Of a stretch of 32,000 bases of DNA, positions 24,534-32,000 are shown piece after piece. The stretch is from Erysipelotrichaceae bacterium (lineage in GTDB: Bacteria > Bacillota_I > Bacilli_A > Erysipelotrichales > Erysipelotrichaceae). Made by a program: the position numbers and the translations under genes. The notes under the pieces were generated by a model that ran no database searches, was not told where the DNA came from, and worked only from the letters and a program-made list of their open reading frames with translations. The stretch is from positions 330,001-362,000 of the forward strand of contig OY781039.1 of the NCBI GenBank assembly GCA_963676105.1. The letters run 5' to 3'. Each line of letters opens with the position of its first letter. Position 1 is the stretch's first letter.

Positions 24534-25781
24534 ATGATAAAAACACTAGACACACTTAAAATTGAATTGAACCAATTAGGAGAAGATTTATTTAATCATC
24601 CAGAGCTCGGTTATAAAGAATTCAAAACGAGAGAAATTTTAATCGATTTCTTTAAAAAACATGACATTTCAGTACACAAAGAATTTGCGCATACCGGTTT
24701 TAGTGTGCAATTTGGATCAGGACAACCTCATATTGGCTTAATCGCTGAACTAGATGCAGTTATTACACCCAATCATAGGTGTGCAACAAATAATGATCAT
24801 GCAGCTCACAGTTGTGGGCATTCTAGTCAATGTGTTTTGATGAGTGCTGCATTTTTAGCACTTAAAGAAGAAATAAACCAGGGAACAATCACTTTATTTT
24901 TTACACCTGCTGAAGAATATCTAGATATTGAATATCGAAAGTCATTAAAAAATGAAGGAAAGATTCGGGCCTTTGGTGGTAAACAAGAAATGTTGTTGAA
25001 TCATGAATTTGATGAGATTGATTTGTTTATACATGCACATGGAATGGGTGAGGCAAAAGAGAGATACTCTATTCATTCATCATTGGCAGGATTTAATTAT
25101 CAAGTATTTAAATTTAAAGGTGTTTCAGCTCATGCAGCTGTTGCACCAAATGAAGGTAAAAATGCTTTGAATATGTTTCAGTTATATCAAGTAGCTTTAG
25201 GATTTTTAAGAGAAACTTTTATTGATGAAGATAAAAATCGTGTACATGGGCACATTATTTCTGCAAATAATTCAGTAAATACAGTAGCTGATGAAGTCAT
25301 TTATGAACAATATATAAGAAGTTTTAATCCAGATACACTAGAATTACTCACCCAACAATGTATTGAGACTGCCCAGCATTGTGCAAGTGCATTAGGTGGA
25401 TCATGTGAGGTAGAAACAAGTTTAGGATATTTACCGATGAAGGCATCTTTAGAACTAGGTCAATTATTTGATGAAGAAATTTCTAAAATATGCGATAAAG
25501 ATTTAATTAGATATCATGAAAGAAGTATAGCGGCAGGGGATATAGGTGACTTATCACAATTTAAACCGGGTGTTCAAATAGGTTATTCTGGTTTTATTGG
25601 ACGTATGCATGGGGATAATTTAGAGATTAAAGATACAGACTTAATTTATCAAGAAGTCCCTGAGATGATTGTTAATGTAGTCAAAAGACTTGTAGTAGAT
25701 GATAATTTGGTAAAGAATATAGTGAATAAGTTTAAAGAAAACATAAGTTTTGAGTCTTATGTAAGAAGAATTGGTGAATAA
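24534..25781 (+). CDS. M20-family amidohydrolase/peptidase (M20D, AbgA/ILR1-like)
   Basis: It has NHPELGYKEF, the HSCGH metal-binding motif and a length of about 415 aa. The SD AGAGG lies 6 nt upstream. Confidence 0.75.
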   Translation: MIKTLDTLKIELNQLGEDLFNHPELGYKEFKTREILIDFFKKHDISVHKEFAHTGFSVQFGSGQPHIGLIAELDAVITPNHRCATNNDHAAHSCGHSSQCVLMSAAFLALKEEINQGTITLFFTPAEEYLDIEYRKSLKNEGKIRAFGGKQEMLLNHEFDEIDLFIHAHGMGEAKERYSIHSSLAGFNYQVFKFKGVSAHAAVAPNEGKNALNMFQLYQVALGFLRETFIDEDKNRVHGHIISANNSVNTVADEVIYEQYIRSFNPDTLELLTQQCIETAQHCASALGGSCEVETSLGYLPMKASLELGQLFDEEISKICDKDLIRYHERSIAAGDIGDLSQFKPGVQIGYSGFIGRMHGDNLEIKDTDLIYQEVPEMIVNVVKRLVVDDNLVKNIVNKFKENISFESYVRRIGE

Positions 25782-25805
25782 TTGGCGTTATTTCACTAAA
25801 ATTGG

Positions 25806-25834
25806 TTGACAAAGGAGAAAGTTATAACTATTAT
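25806..25834 (+). promoter_or_regulatory. Sigma-A promoter TTGACA-17-TATTAT for perR-prx
   Basis: TTGACA at 25806-25811 and TATTAT at 25829-25834. Confidence 0.65.
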
Positions 25835-25836
25835 AA
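25822..25836. promoter_or_regulatory. Fur-family 7-1-7 box TTATAAC-T-ATTATAA (PerR-type)
   Basis: It has one mismatch to the B. subtilis PerR consensus TTATAATNATTATAA and overlaps the -10 box. Confidence 0.55.
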
Positions 25837-25838
25837 AG

Positions 25839-25853
25839 TTGTAATCATTACAA
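25839..25853. promoter_or_regulatory. Perfect 7-1-7 inverted repeat TTGTAAT-C-ATTACAA
   Basis: Perfect dyad positioned at about +1 to +13. Each half-site is one base from both the PerR (TTATAAT) and the Zur (TCGTAAT) half-site. Confidence 0.6.
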
Positions 25854-25856
25854 ATT

Positions 25857-26273
25857 ATGAGAACAGGAAATATCGATTATAAAAATTTATTGATTGAGCA
25901 CGATGTACGTCCCTCTAATTATAGGATTCATATATTGAGCTTAATTGATCAAAAACAAAACCATCCAACAGCGGATGAATTGTATAAGGATCTAATCGAT
26001 GCTTATCCAACACTCTCTAAGATGTCTGTTTACAACAACATTGAAGCGTTAGTCGAAGCAGGTTTAATAAGACGTGTTACGATTGAAAACACTGAAGTTC
26101 GATATGACAGTATCTTAGATGAACACGGTCACTTTAAATGTATAAAATGTGGTTGTGTGAAGAATTTTGATTTAAGTTCTAATCTTCTCTCACTTGATAG
26201 TTTGATGGGATATGAAGTGTTAGAAAAGGATGTATTCTTCAAGGGTGTGTGTCCTGATTGTCAGAAATTGTAG
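25857..26273 (+). CDS. perR: Fur-family metalloregulator, PerR-like
   Basis: It has HPTADELYKDL, the HGH cluster, and CxxC...CxxC (CIKCG and CPDCQ). It sits upstream of a peroxiredoxin gene. There is no SD before the ATG. Confidence 0.75.
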   Translation: MRTGNIDYKNLLIEHDVRPSNYRIHILSLIDQKQNHPTADELYKDLIDAYPTLSKMSVYNNIEALVEAGLIRRVTIENTEVRYDSILDEHGHFKCIKCGCVKNFDLSSNLLSLDSLMGYEVLEKDVFFKGVCPDCQKL

Positions 26274-26299
26274 TGATCATCCATTAGGAGGATTCAACA

Positions 26300-26983
26300 A
26301 TGGAAGAAAACGCAGTAGTAGAAGAATATCGTATGCCTTTACTCGGGGAACAAGCACCAGCTTTTAAGGCAGTCACCACACAAGGTGAAATTAACTTCCC
26401 TGCAGATTACAAAGGAAAATGGGTAATCCTATTCTCCCACCCAGCTGATTTCACACCTGTATGTACAACTGAATTCATGACATTTGCGAATATGGCAGAT
26501 GATTTAAGATCTGAATTCAATTGTGAACTTGTTGGTTTATCAGTTGACTCACTCTATGCGCACATTGCATGGTTACGTGCTATTCCTAATTTAACTTACA
26601 ATGGCATGAAAAATGTTGAAGTTCATTTCCCACTCATTGAAGACATCAAAATGAATGTTGGTAAATTATACGGAATGATTCAACCTGGACAATCAAATAC
26701 TCAAGCAGTTCGTGCCGTATTTATCATTGATCCAAAGGGTATTATCCGTACAATTCTTTATTACCCTCTATCAACTGGACGTAACTTTGATGAAATCAAA
26801 CGTTTACTTGCAGCATTACAAAGAGCTGATAAAGATGGAATTGCTACACCAGCTGACTGGAGACCAGGAGAACCTGTTATCGTTCCACCTCCAGGATCAT
26901 GCGGAACAGCTAAAGATCGTATGGAAGACAAAGATGACAAATTAGAATGTCAAGACTGGTTCTTCTGCTTTAGAAGAGACTAA
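26300..26983 (+). CDS. Peroxiredoxin (Prx6 / 1-Cys-like AhpC-TSA family)
   Basis: It has the peroxidatic Cys motif DFTPVCTTE and a C-terminal extension with CQDWFFC. The SD AGGAGG lies upstream. Confidence 0.85.
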   Translation: MEENAVVEEYRMPLLGEQAPAFKAVTTQGEINFPADYKGKWVILFSHPADFTPVCTTEFMTFANMADDLRSEFNCELVGLSVDSLYAHIAWLRAIPNLTYNGMKNVEVHFPLIEDIKMNVGKLYGMIQPGQSNTQAVRAVFIIDPKGIIRTILYYPLSTGRNFDEIKRLLAALQRADKDGIATPADWRPGEPVIVPPPGSCGTAKDRMEDKDDKLECQDWFFCFRRD

Positions 26984-26995
26984 TTATCATAAGTT

Positions 26996-27023
26996 AGAGG
27001 TCAAGCAATTGGCCTCTTTTTTT
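26996..27023 (+). terminator. Rho-independent terminator
   Basis: AGAGGTC-8 nt loop-GGCCTCT hairpin (one G.U pair) followed by T7. Confidence 0.75.
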
Positions 27024-27030
27024 ATGTACA

Positions 27031-27039
27031 TGATACAAT
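27031..27039 (+). promoter_or_regulatory. Extended -10 element TGATACAAT upstream of glpK
   Basis: It fits the TGnTACAAT pattern. There is no -35, because that position falls in the preceding terminator. Confidence 0.35.
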
Positions 27040-27062
27040 TAATTTATAGTTTAACTGTATGA

Positions 27063-28583
<1,521 letters not shown>

Positions 28584-28614
28584 AAAAATATGCATCGTTT
28601 GATGCATATTTTAT
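28584..28614. terminator. Bidirectional terminator between convergent genes
   Basis: An 11-bp perfect stem AAATATGCATC-GTTT-GATGCATATTT flanked by A- and T-runs. Confidence 0.8.
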
Positions 28615-29424
28615 TTAGAAATCGAAATTATCAGGATCAGGTCCTGTTCTTCTATCTTCATTAAGTGATAATATGGTTTTCAATTCATCATCACTTAGTT
28701 CAAAATCAAAGATTTCAAAGTTTTCTTTAATTCTGCTTGGCGTAATTGATTTAGGAAAAACAACAATATTTGATTGAATATTAAATCTTAAAACAACTTG
28801 CGCAACAGTTTTTTTATGTTTCTTCGCTATTTCTTTTAATTCATCAATTTCAAAGACTTCACCACGCATTAACGGTGACCATGCTTCTACAACAATACGA
28901 TGTCTATCGCAATATTCCCTTAGTTCTACTTGTGTTAATCTCGGTGTAAATTCAATTTGATTAACCATAGGTTTTATTTTTGCAGTTTTCATTAATTCTT
29001 CTAAATGATGTATTTGATAATTACTTACGCCAATGGCCATTATTTTACCTTCTTCATATAGTTCTTCAAATGCTTTCCAACTCTCAGCATCTTTTTCTTT
29101 TGGCCAATGTAGAAGGTATAAATCAACATAATCTAACTGTAGATTTTTAAGTGACTCATAAAAATTCTTTTTTGTTTCTTCATAGCCTCTAAAATCATTC
29201 CAACGTTTTGTGGTGATAAATAAATCTTCACGTTTTATCCCACTATCTTTAATTGCTTGACCAACTTCTTTTTCATTTCCATAAACCCAAGCAGTATCAA
29301 TATGACGATAACCAATTCTTAAGGCTTCAGCTACTGATTTATAACAATCTTCACCTTTATTCTTCCATGTACCAAATCCAAGTTGTGGGATTTCAATTCC
29401 GTTATTTAGTTTTATTGTTTGCAT
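28615..29424 (-). CDS. Aldo/keto reductase (YvgN/YtbE / 2,5-diketo-D-gluconate reductase-like)
   Basis: It has GFGTW, YRHIDTA, LLHWP and a length of 269 aa. Confidence 0.9.
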   Translation of the reverse strand: MQTIKLNNGIEIPQLGFGTWKNKGEDCYKSVAEALRIGYRHIDTAWVYGNEKEVGQAIKDSGIKREDLFITTKRWNDFRGYEETKKNFYESLKNLQLDYVDLYLLHWPKEKDAESWKAFEELYEEGKIMAIGVSNYQIHHLEELMKTAKIKPMVNQIEFTPRLTQVELREYCDRHRIVVEAWSPLMRGEVFEIDELKEIAKKHKKTVAQVVLRFNIQSNIVVFPKSITPSRIKENFEIFDFELSDDELKTILSLNEDRRTGPDPDNFDF

Positions 29425-29482
29425 AGTACTCTCTCTTTCATTTCTTTTATTTTAGTCGTTTAAATATTGTTTTTCTATTAAT

Positions 29483-30079
29483 ATGCGTATACTAAATAGT
29501 ATGGAACACATTAAACTCTTTGATTTGATTGCGCCTGCATATGCATGGTTCTATAAGTATCAAACTCATGGTTATCAACATGTTTTAAATGAAGTCAAGA
29601 AATTAAACTTAAATAAAAACTCTAAAGTTATGGACATTGCATGTGGAACAGGGGCTTTAAGTTCTGTTTTAGCCCAAGATTTTGATAATGTTCTCGCAAT
29701 AGATGGTTCCAAGAAAATGTTGAATCAAGCCAAACGAATTCATAAAAATCAAAATATTGAATTTGCTTTAGTTGATTTACGAGAGGGTATACCACATTCT
29801 GATAATTCATTTGATTTAATCACTGCCGCTTTCTTTATGCATGGGATTCCTTCAAAAGATCGAATCTTTATTCTTGATGAAATGAAACGTGTTGCGAAGC
29901 ATGTCATGATTATTGATTATTATGGTCATGATAACGTTTTGATTAAATTAGTGGAGTTTATTGAAAACGGTGATTACTTTAATTTCAAGAAAGAATTTGT
30001 ACATGAATTTAAACATTGTTTTAAACAAAATCAAATAATGCCTTTACATAAAAACGTAGGAATCTACACAAATGAATAA
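29483..30079 (+). CDS. Class I SAM-dependent methyltransferase
   Basis: It has motif I VMDIACGTG and post-I LAIDGS. The start is uncertain. The in-frame ATG at 29501 (MEHIKLF...) sits 7 nt after a TATACT box. Confidence 0.75.
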   Translation: MRILNSMEHIKLFDLIAPAYAWFYKYQTHGYQHVLNEVKKLNLNKNSKVMDIACGTGALSSVLAQDFDNVLAIDGSKKMLNQAKRIHKNQNIEFALVDLREGIPHSDNSFDLITAAFFMHGIPSKDRIFILDEMKRVAKHVMIIDYYGHDNVLIKLVEFIENGDYFNFKKEFVHEFKHCFKQNQIMPLHKNVGIYTNE

Positions 30080-30105
30080 ATATATCGAAAAACGATAAAT
30101 AAATA

Positions 30106-30133
30106 TTGAAAAACAATAAAATAGAAGTATAAT
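30106..30133 (+). promoter_or_regulatory. Sigma-A promoter TTGAAA-16-TATAAT
   Basis: TTGAAA at 30106-30111 and TATAAT at 30128-30133. The -10 box abuts the ATG at 30134 and lies 6 nt upstream of the ATG at 30140. Confidence 0.6.
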
Positions 30134-30643
30134 ATGAGTATGAAATCATTAGATCGTATTCCACTTAAAGCGTGGACATTAAGTTTGAAAGTACTCATAT
30201 TTATCATTGGTATACCTATTTTTGCCTTAGGGGCATATTTTATGTTAAATGTTGTAAATTTTGCCTTTCATTTATGGCCAGACTTAAGTTATCTAAAAAC
30301 TGTGGCTAATGTAATATTAGGACTTACAGGAATTCTATATATTTATATTTTATTAAAAGTTACATATATTGTTCATCAATATGAAAAACATGAAATATTT
30401 AGTTTACAAACTCATCGTCATATTATTCATGCATCCATCAGCTCAGTCTTAATATCAATCCTATATGCCTTATTATTGCCTGTGTTTTATATTGCCGCTG
30501 AAATTGATGATGCGCCAGGCTTTGTCTTAATTGGAATGTTCTTTGTGGTTTTAACTTTTGCCTTAGCTCTTTTACTCTTTGTAATTTCTAATATCATTAA
30601 ACAAGCAATTGCATTAGAAGAAGAAAGTCGACTGGTGGTCTAG
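30134..30643 (+). CDS. DUF2975-like small membrane protein (4 TM)
   Basis: Four hydrophobic segments, followed immediately by a YozG-type HTH gene. The true start may be the second ATG at 30140 (MKSLDRIPLK...) if the transcript is leaderless. Confidence 0.7.
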   Translation: MSMKSLDRIPLKAWTLSLKVLIFIIGIPIFALGAYFMLNVVNFAFHLWPDLSYLKTVANVILGLTGILYIYILLKVTYIVHQYEKHEIFSLQTHRHIIHASISSVLISILYALLLPVFYIAAEIDDAPGFVLIGMFFVVLTFALALLLFVISNIIKQAIALEEESRLVV

Positions 30644-30645
30644 AT

Positions 30646-30852
30646 ATGGCAATCAAAGTTAACTTAGATGTCATGTTGGCGAAACGTAATATGAAACTCA
30701 ATGATTTATCAGATGCAGTCGGTATAACTGTCGCAAACTTATCTATTCTAAAGACAGGGAAGGCAAAGGCGATCCGTTTTTCTACCTTAGAGAGTTTATG
30801 TAAAGTGTTGGATTGTAATGTATCTGATTTATTAGAATTCACTGAAGATTAA
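30646..30852 (+). CDS. Small XRE/Cro-type HTH transcriptional regulator (YozG-like)
   Basis: The 68-aa protein MAIKVNLDVMLAKRNMKLNDLSDAVGITVANLSILKTGKAKAIRFSTLESLCKVLDCNVSDLLEF matches the YozG-family pattern. Confidence 0.85.
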   Translation: MAIKVNLDVMLAKRNMKLNDLSDAVGITVANLSILKTGKAKAIRFSTLESLCKVLDCNVSDLLEFTED

Positions 30853-30879
30853 AAAAAAGAACTCATCGAGTTCTTTTGA
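30853..30879. terminator. Bidirectional terminator between convergent genes
   Basis: A 10-bp perfect stem AAAAGAACTC-ATC-GAGTTCTTTT preceded by A8. Confidence 0.8.
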
Positions 30880-32000
30880 TTAGGCTTGTGTAATTTCTCC
30901 AGCTTTTTCCAACGTCATCTTCGAGACTGCAGGACCAATAAGTTCATAGACTAATGTACCACACAAGATAACAGCTCTAATAACTGAAGCATATTCAGGA
31001 ACAATATCTTGAGCAACAAAGGTTAAACCTATTGCAACCCCAGCTTGTGGAAGAAGGGCAGGCCCCACATACTTTTTAATATTTGGTGTGGCTTTCATAA
31101 GTACGCCTGCAAGATAAGCACCAAAGTATTTTCCAATTACCCGAACAACGATATAAGCTGTACCAATGATACCGATACTAGGTAGTACTGCGACATTTAA
31201 ATGTGCACCAGCTAATACAAAGAAAATTATGTATATTGGTGGTGTTGCTCGTTCAGTAAGCTCAAGTATGACATTGACATGTTTATAGAGGTTCGCATAT
31301 GTAGCAGATAAAACCATAACCATAAGTAGAGGTGATCCACCATAGTTATCAGCAATAAAAACTGCAAAAAATACAAAACTGAAAGCAAGTGATAAACGAT
31401 TTCCTCGGCTTTCAAAGAATTTTGAGATAAAAGTTAATAAGAAACCTAGGATAAAACCTGCTCCCATTGAGAATCCAATTTCCCAAAATGGATCAAGTAG
31501 ACTTTCAAACAGAGAACTACTACCACTAGATACGATAGCTTTTGATAAAGAGACACTAATTCCAAATAGAATAAGAGCTACGGCATCATCTATCGCAACA
31601 ACACTTAACAATGTTTCTGTAACTGGACCTTTTGTTTTGTATTGTTTAATCACCATGATAGTTGTAGCTGCATCAGTAGCAGCAGCAATTGCCCCTAACA
31701 ATAGAGCAACTGGTATTTCTACACCAATTAGTATTAAAACAGCATCTACTAAGATAACGGCCATACTTGCTTCAAGAATTGCAATAACAATGGGCGTTAA
31801 ACCAACTCGTTTAAAATAGCTGATTTTAAATTCACTTCCAATGCTAAAAGCGATAAATGCCAGTGCTAATTCTGAAAGTAAATCCATACTATTCATGACA
31901 TCAAGTGGAATAATATTAAGTGCATAGGGTCCCATGATAAGCCCAGCAACTAAGAAACCTGATACGTTTGGTAAATTTATTTTTTTTGCAAAACGACTGA
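30880..32000 (-). CDS. Cation:proton antiporter (CPA2 / Kef-type membrane domain), N-terminus beyond the window
   Basis: The track starts at M (31935), but the frame stays open to position 32000. It reads ...SRFAKKINLPNVSGFLVAGLIMGPYAL, the classic first TM motif of Na+/H+ exchanger-family proteins. Confidence 0.85.
   Translation of the reverse strand, partial: SRFAKKINLPNVSGFLVAGLIMGPYALNIIPLDVMNSMDLLSELALAFIAFSIGSEFKISYFKRVGLTPIVIAILEASMAVILVDAVLILIGVEIPVALLLGAIAAATDAATTIMVIKQYKTKGPVTETLLSVVAIDDAVALILFGISVSLSKAIVSSGSSSLFESLLDPFWEIGFSMGAGFILGFLLTFISKFFESRGNRLSLAFSFVFFAVFIADNYGGSPLLMVMVLSATYANLYKHVNVILELTERATPPIYIIFFVLAGAHLNVAVLPSIGIIGTAYIVVRVIGKYFGAYLAGVLMKATPNIKKYVGPALLPQAGVAIGLTFVAQDIVPEYASVIRAVILCGTLVYELIGPAVSKMTLEKAGEITQA

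Overview
AT-rich chromosomal segment using the standard code: TGA is a real stop at 14947-14949 and 18931-18933, and Trp is TGG. Gene content suggests a low-GC Firmicute or a wall-less relative (Erysipelotrichia- or Acholeplasma-like), but that taxon is a guess. I support 34 protein-coding genes. Two run off the window edges, and one 52-codon gene is missing from the ORF track. I saw no rRNA, tRNA, CRISPR array, transposase, integrase or phage genes, and no recognisable riboswitch. Layout, left to right: (1) two tandem mgtE paralogs; (2) a DUF1893 gene paired with an aldo/keto reductase carrying two 4Fe-4S motifs; (3) a 7TM-receptor GGDEF cyclase; (4) a five-gene cluster of small proteins, DUF2089, a SHOCT-like protein and an MFS transporter; (5) a tandem duplication of a GH4 6-phospho-beta-glucosidase gene including its promoter; (6) an internally duplicated nucleoside-deoxyribosyltransferase-fold protein translationally coupled to a PNPOx-like flavoprotein; (7) an M23 peptidase; (8) a large nucleoside uptake and catabolism island. 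The island has a LacI regulator plus deaminase-like amidohydrolase divergent from an operon of BMP-type ABC transporter, two nucleoside hydrolases, ribokinase and DeoD, then an M20 hydrolase; (9) a perR-peroxiredoxin unit with two 7-1-7 boxes; (10) glpK, an aldo/keto reductase and a methyltransferase; (11) a DUF2975/small-HTH pair; (12) a truncated cation:proton antiporter. This is mostly ordinary metabolism. The least explained items are the tandem NDT-fold/PNPOx pair, the DUF2089 cluster with shuffled domains and an unlisted micro-ORF, the AAAACGTTTT operators shared between the nucleoside island and one GH4 copy, and the recurrent -10/ATG spacing that implies leaderless mRNAs. I found no convincing defence or mobile system. 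All family calls rest on motifs read by eye and need profile searches.
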